64,000 bases of DNA from Candidatus Peribacteraceae bacterium (lineage in GTDB: Bacteria; Patescibacteriota; Gracilibacteria; Peribacterales; Peribacteraceae). The DNA is taken from positions 11,961-75,960 of the forward strand of contig JAQTSK010000001.1 in NCBI GenBank assembly GCA_028711345.1, in the 5' to 3' direction. Numbering within the stretch: the stretch's first letter is position 1; every line of letters begins with the position of its first letter. The notes under the pieces were generated by a model. It did no database searches. It was not told the origin of the DNA and worked only from the letters and a program-made list of their open reading frames with translations. Positions 17,417 to 26,335 of the stretch are shown here, piece by piece. A program made the translations under genes and the position numbers.

Positions 17417-19244
17417 TTCTCTGAAGATGCACCGCCGCCTGCGCATAGCCGGGATCGATTGCGACGATGGCACGGAGGTGTGACGCGGCTTCCGGCAGCA
17501 AACCGCGTTCAGCCAGCAGCGCCGCCAACGCGTAGCGCGCATCCAGCATCGTCGGGTCCAGCGCGACGGCTTTCGTGTAGAGCTCCACCGCCTGTTCCGG
17601 CTTTCCGTGTTTGTGAAGCATGACGGCCGCGTTGTACTGCGCCTCCGCTATGTGCGGTGCGCGTTTCGCCGCATCGATGAACGTTGTGAGCGCCTCTTCG
17701 ATCTTCCCTTCTTTCTCCAGCCGCTCGCCCAGCGCGTAGTACCCCAGCAAGTCGTCCGGTCGCAGCGTGTTCGTTTCGCCGATCGACCGGATGGCAGCCT
17801 GATCGGATTCTTTGGCACCGGTAACATCGCCTCTTCGAGTCAGAACGTTTCCGCGGTTGATCCAAGCGTTCATCAGCCGCGGATTGTTCTCGATGGCGAG
17901 ATCGAATTCTTTCAGCGCCCCTTCATCATTTCCCTGATCCATGAGGACGGTGCCGAGGTTGTTGTGTGCGATGGCGGACCTCGGGTTCAGCGTCAGGGTA
18001 TAGGTCAGCAGCGTCATGGAGTCCCGCCACGTCTGCGCTTGTATCTGCGACAATGTTCCGAGGATCACCAGAACAATCGAAACAGAGGCTGTGATCAGCT
18101 TCGGCCACTTCAGAATCAGCTGATGGATTACGATTGCCGCAGCAAGGAACAGCCCGATGGACGGCAGGTACGCATAGCGGTCGGAGAAGACGTAGATCTC
18201 TCCGTTCTTCATGAACGTGAAGAAGTTCGGTGCGAACGTGATCACAGTGAAGAGGATGCAGAGGGAAATCGTGCGCCATTTCTTCATCGTCAGCAGAAGA
18301 ACGGCGAGAAGGATTCCAATTGATATCAGCGGCAGGATGAACGCTGCAATGTTGACAGTTCCGTTTTGCGGATAGAGCACGGAGAGATTCGCCGGCAGGA
18401 AGATCTTCCAGAACATGAATGCGGTGCTCTTGGCTCCCAGCAACAGTGTTTCGATGATCGACAGCTCAACTAAATTCTTGGATTTTCCGAGGATGGCGAT
18501 CAATCCGAAGATGATCGAAAGGACGAAGAACGGTGATAGCCGTATTGCCAGCTCTTTCCTTGTTCTGCCGTACGTCTTCCGGAGTTCCAAGAGGATCAAC
18601 ACGACCGGGAGTGTCACGGCAGTCACTTTTGACAGAAGCGCGAGTGTGAAGACGGTTATGGAATAGATGTACCCAAGCTTGTCTTCCCCCTCGTCATCCT
18701 TGAGCCAAAAGAGAATAGAGAGCAGGTAGAAGCATGTGGAGAGGAGATCTTTGCGTGCGGATACCCATGCAGCCGCTTCCGTGTTGATGGGGTGGACGAG
18801 GAACAGCAGTGCCGTGATGATGCTGATCCACCGTTTTCCGGAGAGCTTCTCCGTGACCGAAAACACCAGTGCGACGTTGACTGCGAACAGCGCGATATTC
18901 GTCAGGTGGTAGATCCACGGTTCCAGTCCACCCATCACAAAGTTCAGGTTGAAGCTGAGCGTCGTCAGCGGCACGTAGAGCTCCGGATCGAACGAGGTGA
19001 AGATGCGCTTGAGCGTATGGAGATCCAGAGACCGGATCAGTTGATTATTGACGACGAGGAGGTTGTCATCCATCGCGACGAATCCGAAGCCGACCGTTGG
19101 CAGGTAGAAGAGTGCGGCCACGGCGAAGAGGACGAGCGCGATCTTCGAAGCCGGTTGTTCGTCGATGAATCGGACAATGCGCTGCATCGGGGAGATCGTA
19201 GCATACGAGTGTGGCATTGTTTGTGTAGCGCGTGAAAAATTCAT
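17394..19244 (-). CDS. GT-C-like polytopic membrane protein fused to C-terminal TPR repeats (TMTC/PMT-like)
   Basis: N-terminal multi-TM region with an early VAMDDN acidic loop motif. The C-terminal ~200 aa hold repeated A..N.G......G....A...... TPR-like units. Confidence 0.5.
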   Translation of the reverse strand: MNFSRATQTMPHSYATISPMQRIVRFIDEQPASKIALVLFAVAALFYLPTVGFGFVAMDDNLLVVNNQLIRSLDLHTLKRIFTSFDPELYVPLTTLSFNLNFVMGGLEPWIYHLTNIALFAVNVALVFSVTEKLSGKRWISIITALLFLVHPINTEAAAWVSARKDLLSTCFYLLSILFWLKDDEGEDKLGYIYSITVFTLALLSKVTAVTLPVVLILLELRKTYGRTRKELAIRLSPFFVLSIIFGLIAILGKSKNLVELSIIETLLLGAKSTAFMFWKIFLPANLSVLYPQNGTVNIAAFILPLISIGILLAVLLLTMKKWRTISLCILFTVITFAPNFFTFMKNGEIYVFSDRYAYLPSIGLFLAAAIVIHQLILKWPKLITASVSIVLVILGTLSQIQAQTWRDSMTLLTYTLTLNPRSAIAHNNLGTVLMDQGNDEGALKEFDLAIENNPRLMNAWINRGNVLTRRGDVTGAKESDQAAIRSIGETNTLRPDDLLGYYALGERLEKEGKIEEALTTFIDAAKRAPHIAEAQYNAAVMLHKHGKPEQAVELYTKAVALDPTMLDARYALAALLAERGLLPEAASHLRAIVAIDPGYAQAAVHLQRINAILGN

Positions 19245-19275
19245 TTACATGATTGACGTACGTTTTTCCGTGCGG

Positions 19276-19281
19276 TATCAT
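19276..19281 (+). promoter_or_regulatory. -10-like TATCAT, 6 nt upstream of the antitoxin ATG
   Basis: TATCAT-ggcatc-ATG(19288). Confidence 0.4.
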
Positions 19282-19287
19282 GGCATC

Positions 19288-19518
19288 ATGAAAAGCTGCT
19301 CCATCACCGCGCTTCGTTCGAACGCCTACGTCATTGTCGGTGAAGTGGGGAAGTCGGGTGAAGAGATGTTGGTGACGTCCAAGGGAAAAGCGATTGCAAA
19401 GGTTGTTCCGTTGGATGATGAGGGAACCTTACGACCTTCGTTCGTCACAGAGGTGAAGAGACGGTTGAAAGAAGAGAAATCGTTGCCGGCTGAGGAAATC
19501 CTTCAGAAGTTATGGTAA
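19288..19518 (+). CDS. Phd/YefM-family antitoxin
   Basis: Small protein with an ...MLVTSKGKAIAKVVPLDD core. It overlaps the downstream RelE/ParE-like gene. Confidence 0.55.
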   Translation: MKSCSITALRSNAYVIVGEVGKSGEEMLVTSKGKAIAKVVPLDDEGTLRPSFVTEVKRRLKEEKSLPAEEILQKLW

Positions 19519-19790
19519 AAATGAAACTCCGTCCTTCTGCGGAAAAAGACCTGCAACGACTGGATCGCATGCTCCGACGCAGATTGATTCTTGGCTGCCG
19601 CGATATTTTCGATGACTGGACGATAGGCAAGCGCCTCGGGACTCCGCTGTACGGACTCAGGTCACATCGAATTGATGAATACAGGATCATCTATCGAATT
19701 CAGGCAAGCAGCGAGGTTGATATCATTGCCATCGGTCACAGGAATGAAATTTACGAGCGGATGGAGAAACGGAAGAAGGCGAAAGTGTAG
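19512..19790 (+). CDS. RelE/ParE-family toxin
   Basis: YRIIYRI...VDIIAIGHRNEIYE is a C-terminal signature typical of RelE/ParE. There is a 7-nt overlap with the antitoxin. Confidence 0.6.
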   Translation: MVKMKLRPSAEKDLQRLDRMLRRRLILGCRDIFDDWTIGKRLGTPLYGLRSHRIDEYRIIYRIQASSEVDIIAIGHRNEIYERMEKRKKAKV

Positions 19791-19862
19791 AGTCCGGCTT
19801 CAATTATGAAGAACCTTCATGCATAATCGGGTGGTCGATCCTTCGAAAGCCTCGTTCTTCAT

Positions 19863-19918
19863 GCCACGGTAGCTTCCTCCTTCGCTCTGCGTAGCTACGG
19901 AGGACAGGCAGTTGGTAG
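19863..19918 (+). other. Copy of the 5' end of the downstream tRNA (nt 1-12 + ~10 nt of D-arm) split by a 34-nt hairpin
   Basis: GCCACGGTAGCT [tcctccttcgctctgcgtagctacggaggacagg] CAGTTGGTAG compares with the tRNA start GCCACGGTAGCTCAGTTGGTAG at 19949. Confidence 0.7.
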
Positions 19919-19948
19919 TTTGTTCCTTCCATTATCGCTTTCATTCAT

Positions 19949-20024
19949 GCCACGGTAGCTCAGTTGGTAGAGCACGGGACTCATAAGCCCGGGGTCGTCG
20001 GTTCAATCCCGACCCGTGGCACCA
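19949..20024 (+). tRNA. tRNA with CAT anticodon (elongator Met or Ile2-type; G1-C72 pair argues against initiator)
   Basis: Hand-folded cloverleaf. The 7-bp acceptor and T-stem are fully paired. The loop is CTCATAA. CCA is encoded. Confidence 0.85.
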
Positions 20025-20073
20025 TCACAGTGTCTCACTTCTATCATCAACCTGCTTCTGATTGATACTTTAT

Positions 20074-20895
20074 ATGCCTAGAATTCCTGACCAACTTTTG
20101 AATTCGATTGTCTATTTATTTAGGAATCAAACAGAAGCACTTGGTGGGAACGGCAGTGGTGGTACAGGTTTTTTTATTAGCTATCCCAGACAAACAACTC
20201 GTCACATTTATGTAGTATCGAATGTTCATGTTGTTCAAAATGGCTGTGTAACGCTACGTATAAACAAGAAGGATGGCAGCTGTGAAGCAATTGAAATCCC
20301 GATGGCTTCTTGGATAGCGCATACGGATTCAGATGACGTATGTGTCGCACCCATTACTTTTGATATCCCATCCACATGGGCCATAAATCCATTAGAATGG
20401 GAGAATTACTGCCCAACGTCTGAGCGTTTTCAAGAGCTCAATGTCGGTGTAGGGGATGATGTGTTTATGCTTGGCCGATTCTCCGGGCACTCTGGTCGAA
20501 CATACAACCAGCCCCTCGCACGTTTTGGCAATATTGCAATGATGGATGGCGGAGAACGTGTTAAAGATGGACGTGGACTTTTAGTTGATGCTTACTTGAT
20601 TGAAATGCGTTCCCTCCCAGGCTTTAGTGGCTCCCCCGTGTTCGTAGCAATTGGTGCAGGAAGTTACAGAGGTGTATATGGGAACGAATTAAAAGCAAGG
20701 ATGATGCCGTTTTATACTGAGACTATTGGCCTGATCGGTATTGATACGGGGCACAAGCCAGTAACAAATCCTGTGCTGCATGAAAGTGGAAAGAAATTTG
20801 AACCTCATCTATATGTGACTCAGAATTCCGGTATTGCAATCGTCGCACCTTATTACAAAATTATAGACATCCTTGAACTTGTGGAGAGACACTAG
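20074..20895 (+). CDS. Trypsin-like (S1/Trypsin_2-type) serine peptidase
   Basis: His context VVSNVHVV and Ser context LPGFSGSPVF. The gene is AT-rich compared with its neighbours. Confidence 0.55.
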   Translation: MPRIPDQLLNSIVYLFRNQTEALGGNGSGGTGFFISYPRQTTRHIYVVSNVHVVQNGCVTLRINKKDGSCEAIEIPMASWIAHTDSDDVCVAPITFDIPSTWAINPLEWENYCPTSERFQELNVGVGDDVFMLGRFSGHSGRTYNQPLARFGNIAMMDGGERVKDGRGLLVDAYLIEMRSLPGFSGSPVFVAIGAGSYRGVYGNELKARMMPFYTETIGLIGIDTGHKPVTNPVLHESGKKFEPHLYVTQNSGIAIVAPYYKIIDILELVERH

Positions 20896-20994
20896 TTCGG
20901 CGCTCTGCCTTAGGTATTACCCGGACTGATGTATGTTTATCTCCATCACGACCAAGTATGAGGAATGCGACCCTGTATGACAATGTGGTGTTCA

Positions 20995-21180
20995 TCAAGC
21001 GCCCCAGATCTTTTCGATGATGTCTGGATTTTCCTTTACCTGGTATGCATATTTACGTACGTAGTCTCCAAGCGTAGCTTCGGGCGCTCTCTGTTCAATC
21101 GTCCGTATGAGCGTAGAAAAATCCCGGGCAGTGAAGTGGTAGTGGAATATTCTGATGTTCTTCTTTCGTCCGTTAACCAA
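20995..21180 (-). CDS. Possible ribbon-helix-helix (MobC/CopG-like) small protein
   Basis: A beta-strand-like IRIFHYHFT is followed by two short helices ending LGDYVRKYAY. Weak call. Confidence 0.25.
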   Translation of the reverse strand: MVNGRKKNIRIFHYHFTARDFSTLIRTIEQRAPEATLGDYVRKYAYQVKENPDIIEKIWGA

Positions 21181-21229
21181 TCCGCTGATATGGAGAAAAG
21201 TACCTCTTTCGGGTGCCCCGATGCCGTTG

Positions 21230-21238
21230 TGTTACACT
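21230..21238 (+). promoter_or_regulatory. Extended -10 (TGTTACACT), 6 nt upstream of the ppc ATG
   Basis: TGtTACACT-ctccgc-ATG(21245). Confidence 0.45.
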
Positions 21239-21244
21239 CTCCGC

Positions 21245-22777
21245 ATGCGCCGTCACGTTCCCATCACCATGGCCACCCAGCACCCCGACAACGCGTCGGT
21301 GCCGTGGTGGGGGAAGGATGCCTTTATCGCGACACAGGATGAGATTCAGGAGGTGATGCTGCTGTTCAAAGAGCTGACGATCGACGAGTACATGTGGGAC
21401 TGGGAGGGCAAGTACGTGGATGAGGCGGTTGGTGAAAAATTGTTCTCCCGCGGTCGGGAATTATTTGCCAAAAGAGCGCTGGGTCGGGAGTTGCACCTCA
21501 CGTACCGCATTCCGGCGTACGAGGACGGCAAGATGCACCGGATGGCGCGGGCGTTCATGAACGTGCTTGCCCTCGCGGATCTGGCGCGGGACATCAAAGC
21601 GCCGTGCCTGCCCGTGACGGAGATGTTCCTGCCGCTCACGACGTCCGCCATGCAGCCGCTCAAAGTGCGCGCCGCGTTCAAAGAAATTCTCGGTTACCAT
21701 CGTCAGGTCTTTCACCGGTCCGCCAAGGATGAGACGGAATTGTTGAAACTTTTCGATATCACTCCGCTTGTCGAAGATGTGCCGTCGCTCCTCTCCATCG
21801 AAAAGATCGTGATGCCGTATTGGACGTCTCTGATCAAGGAGAATCCATCGGTCAAGTCTCGCGGTCAGCGCCTGTTCCTCGCGCGGTCCGATCCCGCCAT
21901 GAACTCGGGACTGATCCCCGCCGTTCTCGCCGTCAAAGCCGCACTCAGCAAGATTCACGAATGCGCGGATCAGGCGGGGATAGAGGTCTACCCGCTTCTC
22001 GGCACCGGTTCCCTCCCGTTCCGTGGCAGTGTCAATCCGCAATACACGGAGACGTTCCTCACGCAGTACGCAGGCGTCCGCACCTACTCCATCCAATCCG
22101 CATTCCGGTACGATTATCCGAAGGATCAGGTGGAGAAAGCGCTCAAAACCATTCATCGCGAAGTCCCGAAGCGGAAGCTGGTCCCCGTTTCCGACGACGA
22201 TCGGACGAAGATCGCGACACTCTGCACGATGTTTGAGAAAGTATGGAAGCCGACCATCGAGAAGATCGCTCCGCTCATCAATCAGGTGGCGCAGTTCATC
22301 CCGCCGCGCCGCGAACGTCTGCAGCACATCGGGCTCTTCGGGTACAGCCGCGGTATCGGCAAGGTCCGTCTGCCGCGCGCCATCGGATTCACCTGTGCAC
22401 TCTACTCACTCGGCATTCCGCCGGAGCTGATCGCGACCGGTCGCGGGTTGGAAATGACGCAGAAGGCCGGTTTGATGGACATTGTTGAGAAGTACTATCC
22501 GGCACTCCGTGAAGACCTCATCCATGCCGGCAAGTATCTGAATCGGGAGAATGTCGAGTTTCTGGCCAAGAAGTTGCCGATTTTCAAGGACATCTGCCAC
22601 GGCATCGATGTGATCGAGCGTGTGCTCGGCATCAAACTGGGTCCGCAGAAGCCGCACCATTTCATCCACCGGAATCTCTCATCAACCATCTACAGTCGCA
22701 TCATCGGCGACGGAGATGGCGCATTGATTACGCGGGATATCGTGGAGGCGGCGGTGATCAGGAGGAGTCTTGGTTGA
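21245..22777 (+). CDS. ppcA: Archaeal-type phosphoenolpyruvate carboxylase (PEPcase type 2)
   Basis: N-terminal VPITMATQHPDNA signature and ~510 aa length, far shorter than bacterial Ppc. The start is taken at the internal ATG. Confidence 0.7.
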   Translation: MRRHVPITMATQHPDNASVPWWGKDAFIATQDEIQEVMLLFKELTIDEYMWDWEGKYVDEAVGEKLFSRGRELFAKRALGRELHLTYRIPAYEDGKMHRMARAFMNVLALADLARDIKAPCLPVTEMFLPLTTSAMQPLKVRAAFKEILGYHRQVFHRSAKDETELLKLFDITPLVEDVPSLLSIEKIVMPYWTSLIKENPSVKSRGQRLFLARSDPAMNSGLIPAVLAVKAALSKIHECADQAGIEVYPLLGTGSLPFRGSVNPQYTETFLTQYAGVRTYSIQSAFRYDYPKDQVEKALKTIHREVPKRKLVPVSDDDRTKIATLCTMFEKVWKPTIEKIAPLINQVAQFIPPRRERLQHIGLFGYSRGIGKVRLPRAIGFTCALYSLGIPPELIATGRGLEMTQKAGLMDIVEKYYPALREDLIHAGKYLNRENVEFLAKKLPIFKDICHGIDVIERVLGIKLGPQKPHHFIHRNLSSTIYSRIIGDGDGALITRDIVEAAVIRRSLG

Positions 22778-22797
22778 GGTGAAATGTAAAATGTACA

Positions 22798-23379
22798 ATG
22801 GACAATGTACAATTCGTTCGATTCACTATGATCACAGATCCCAAGAAATCACAGGCGCAAGCCAAGAAGTCTGATCATCCGGCAGTGAAGCCTGAACCTG
22901 ATCAATCGGCGAAGATCGCCGAGCTTGAGAAGAAAGTTCTCGAATTGACGGAGCAGATTAAGAAGGCGAGTGAGGTCGCATCACGTGCGCAGGCGGAGCT
23001 GCAGAATGCCAAGATCCGGATGGAGAAGGATGCGGGGGAACTTCGAAAGTTCGCTTCGGAGATGGCACTTCGAAAGTTTTTGCCGACGATTGATAATCTC
23101 CAGCGGGCTTTGAAAGCTGTGCCGAAGGAGATCGAAGCGAATGATTGGGTGAAGGGGATTATCGCGCTGGAGCAGCAGTTCCTGAAGGAAGTGGGAGAAC
23201 TTGGCTTGAAGAGATTTGAATCATTGAACCAGCCGGTTGATCCGCATCGTCATGAAGTGCTGATGCAGGCGGCGGGAGAGGCGGGGAAGGTGGTGGAGGT
23301 GTTGGAAGACGGGTATGAATTACATGGTAAAGTGCTGAGGGTTGCGAAGGTGAAGGTGGGGGGAGGACAGAATGGATAA
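22798..23379 (+). CDS. grpE: Nucleotide exchange factor GrpE
   Basis: Coiled-coil N-terminal region, LPTIDNLQRAL and a C-terminal beta domain (HEVLMQ...GYELHGKVLRVAKV). No dnaK or dnaJ is adjacent. Confidence 0.8.
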   Translation: MDNVQFVRFTMITDPKKSQAQAKKSDHPAVKPEPDQSAKIAELEKKVLELTEQIKKASEVASRAQAELQNAKIRMEKDAGELRKFASEMALRKFLPTIDNLQRALKAVPKEIEANDWVKGIIALEQQFLKEVGELGLKRFESLNQPVDPHRHEVLMQAAGEAGKVVEVLEDGYELHGKVLRVAKVKVGGGQNG

Positions 23380-24195
23380 TGGATAGTTGAAAGTGGAAAA
23401 TTCATCATCAAATGATACGGGAGCGGGTTTCCCTGCCCTTCCGAAGCCCCGCAGGGCGAAGGAGGGCTACCCGCGGCACAGCAAGAAAGGCCATGAAAAA
23501 CTTTCTTGACATGTCCCGACGGGAAGAGGAAGGTCTGATTATCAACGAAACGAATCCAGGGTTTTGTGTGGCAAATTTTTCGGAAGCATCGGTATTCCCC
23601 GTTTCATTAGAGTTGCGACAGGATGTCGCTCATCAAATTCTGATCTTGCTTCTTCAGGGCTATTGTCTTTGGGAGATATGGGATAGCTGCGTAGAGTTGA
23701 GGGAACCGGTTATGGCAATAATGGAAGCCGGGTATAGGTGAGAGCTGAGCGTTGTATCCGGAGAGTAAGATGGACATTATATTTGACATGAAAAAAGAGG
23801 AGGAGGAGGATTTGGGCATGGGAAGATTAGAAGAACATAGCGACGGCTCAAATTCAGATACAAATGAACGTTGGTTTGATGAGGGTGAGGGGCTTTACCC
23901 AAAACTATTGGTCTCGATCCAAAACGCTTATGCAGATCCTCAGTTGAGGGGATTTCTTGAAAGACCCTCAGTATTGGATACTGTGACCGATGTTGGGGCA
24001 TCTTCCAGTAAACGTCACGTATAATTGATTACTCAAACGACGACCACGGATTCCATTGGAGGGGATTCTTGTTTCGTTAGAGGCATTATTCAGCCTTTGC
24101 GATTATCAGGATGATCTATATTCCAATTGCATTGAGCGCGAAACAGAGGAAGGCGAAGAGTCTCCGGTCGATTCTCTCCGGACTTCCCACCAGCG

Positions 24196-25560
24196 TCACG
24201 CCGTTTCTGTGATCTTCCGGTTTAGTATCGCAGCTTTGAATCGCTCCCCGCGCTCTTCGAAATTCTTGAAATGTCCATAACTCGGTGCAGACGGTGAAAG
24301 AAGAACAATTGGCGTGGAGCTTCCCGCTTCTCGCTTCCCGCTTCCCACTTGGCCCACCACCTCCTCAATCGTCTCCACTTCCACACACTCAATCTCCGCC
24401 TTCGCTTTCCTGATGGCTTTCCCGATCGTCGGTCCGCTATCCGGCAGCAGGATTGCTTTTGTAACTTTCGAATTCTTCAATCGTTTGGCGAGCGGGGAAA
24501 AGTCGTACCCGCGGTCCTGTCCGCCCAGAATGATCGTTGTCACGTTCTCGCCCAGTGCATCCAACGCGGCAATGGCCGATTGCGGTGTCGTGGAGATGGA
24601 GTCGTCGATCCATTCGAAGCCGTGGTGGATTCCAAGCGATTGCAGCCGGTGCGGGAGGCCGCGGAACTTTCTGATTGTTTCGATGGCTGATTCCGGTTCG
24701 ACGCCGAGGTGCAGAGCCACTTGGTATGCCGCGGCGATATTCGAGAGATTATGTTCGCCTTTCAGGAGGACTTCGTCGAGCGTTACCGGAGCGTCATCCG
24801 CGGAGAAGGGGATGTGTCTGCCGGAACTCTCTTGTGCGATTATTTCACATTCTTTGGATGGAGCATTGTAGAACACGACGTCATGCCGCGTCTGGAAACG
24901 GGTGATGTGTTTCTTCGCCTCCAGATAATTCGCGAGCGATCCGTGGTAATCGAGGTGTTCCGGGAAGAAGGAAGTGATGACGGCAATAAAAGGACTCGAT
25001 GTCAGATCCATGAGTTGGTAACTGCTCATCTCCAGAACAAAAATTGTGTTCGATCCTGCGTCTTCGATGTGGCTGATGGCTGGTTCGCCGATGTTGCCGA
25101 TCAGGTGGCTGTGGATTCGTAATGCTCTGCTGTTGTCCTGAAGAATTGAGTGAATCAAGGTCGAGGTGGTGCTTTTCCCTTTGGATCCGGTCACGCCGAT
25201 GATCATCGCACCGGATTCCTGCACGGTGTCGAAGAAGATCTGCGTCGGGCTGGTGATGACGGGTTTTTGGTTTTTGGTTTTTGGTTTTTGGTTGATTGCC
25301 TCGATCGTGTTTGGCGGGATGCCGGGGGATTTGATGATGACGTTGAAGCGTTCCAGATTGTCGAGATATCCGGATCCAACTTGAAATGTGATGGCTGCTG
25401 ATCGCTGATCGCTGATCGCTGATCGCTCAATATCCGGATTCCTGTCCGCAACGGTGATCCTGCATCCCGGAATGTATTTCAGTGCCTGCGCCATCGCCTG
25501 ACCTTCTTTGCCGTACCCGATGATGCAGACGGATTTGCCGGCGAGGGAACTTAAGTGCAT
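24196..25560 (-). CDS. murD: UDP-N-acetylmuramoylalanine--D-glutamate ligase (MurD-type Mur ligase)
   Basis: N-terminal Rossmann VCIIGYGKEGQA and P-loop VTGSKGKSTTSTL. There are three tandem-word inserts. TATACT lies 6 nt upstream of the ATG. Confidence 0.8.
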   Translation of the reverse strand: MHLSSLAGKSVCIIGYGKEGQAMAQALKYIPGCRITVADRNPDIERSAISDQRSAAITFQVGSGYLDNLERFNVIIKSPGIPPNTIEAINQKPKTKNQKPVITSPTQIFFDTVQESGAMIIGVTGSKGKSTTSTLIHSILQDNSRALRIHSHLIGNIGEPAISHIEDAGSNTIFVLEMSSYQLMDLTSSPFIAVITSFFPEHLDYHGSLANYLEAKKHITRFQTRHDVVFYNAPSKECEIIAQESSGRHIPFSADDAPVTLDEVLLKGEHNLSNIAAAYQVALHLGVEPESAIETIRKFRGLPHRLQSLGIHHGFEWIDDSISTTPQSAIAALDALGENVTTIILGGQDRGYDFSPLAKRLKNSKVTKAILLPDSGPTIGKAIRKAKAEIECVEVETIEEVVGQVGSGKREAGSSTPIVLLSPSAPSYGHFKNFEERGERFKAAILNRKITETA

Positions 25561-25614
25561 GGGATGAGTATAGGAGTGAGGAAAATTGATGAGTAGGACG
25601 GCTGATTACTTTGC

Positions 25615-26244
25615 TTATTGAATACATGCTCCCTGTGAACATCCCTGTGGACATAGGTAGCCTGTATTGATTCCTCTGACACATGAATTCTCGATGAGCA
25701 CGCTCTCGATACATTGATCAGTTTGAGTTGTCTTTCTTACAATGGAAATAGCGTTCTCGGAGTTGCCGATGTTTTTGAAATTAATGTTGTTCACAAGGAC
25801 AGTCACTGGAATATCAATGAGTAGACTTCCATTCGAGTTTTCCGGTTTAAGATAATAGACCTGATCGGGTTCGGAAAATGCATATTCCTTTCCAACGATA
25901 ACCTCTTTCGTTTCTATCCCCATTCTCATCATTGCTTTTTCCTTTGAGAGAATCTGAACGATCGTTCCTTCCTTGAGCACGATAGGTTCGGCAAGATCAA
26001 CACTTCCTTGCACAAAGTAATCGTCGCCATTGTCAGAATCCTTACAAGCAATTTGCTCCTGGACTTCATTTATCATACGTGCACTCTGTCGTGTAGGGTT
26101 ATTGCGCGTAGGAATGGTGGCAGATGGTGTATTTCGTTCTGCCGTTACTGCGTGTTGGGTCTTGTTCTGTTCGCATGCCATGAGACTGATGGTGCAAATT
26201 GCTACGAGGAAGATATTAGTAAAGGAAGTCGAGTAGTGGTTCAT
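25615..26244 (-). CDS. Putative lipoprotein, AT-rich gene
   Basis: Signal peptide with lipobox SLMAC. No other motif recognised. Confidence 0.4.
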   Translation of the reverse strand: MNHYSTSFTNIFLVAICTISLMACEQNKTQHAVTAERNTPSATIPTRNNPTRQSARMINEVQEQIACKDSDNGDDYFVQGSVDLAEPIVLKEGTIVQILSKEKAMMRMGIETKEVIVGKEYAFSEPDQVYYLKPENSNGSLLIDIPVTVLVNNINFKNIGNSENAISIVRKTTQTDQCIESVLIENSCVRGINTGYLCPQGCSQGACIQ

Positions 26245-26335
26245 GGTATATTAGGATGGGAAATGATAGAATTGCTAGATGGTTGTGGATTGTACTATAC
26301 ATCGCGCATGACGATGCTCGCGCTACTACTCCAAT

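Noticed and set aside
19949-21200. Integrated mobile element at tRNA(CAT)
   Set aside because: No integrase, no direct repeat of the tRNA 3' end and no clear right boundary were found. It is reported only as a compositional islet.
22798-23379. Orphan grpE as an anomaly
   Set aside because: dnaK and dnaJ can lie elsewhere in the genome. Absence from a 64-kb window is not informative.
25261-25427. Tandem short repeats as a possible CRISPR array
   Set aside because: The units are 7-9 nt, directly abutting, without spacers. They lie inside ORFs or form simple hairpins. No cas genes are present.
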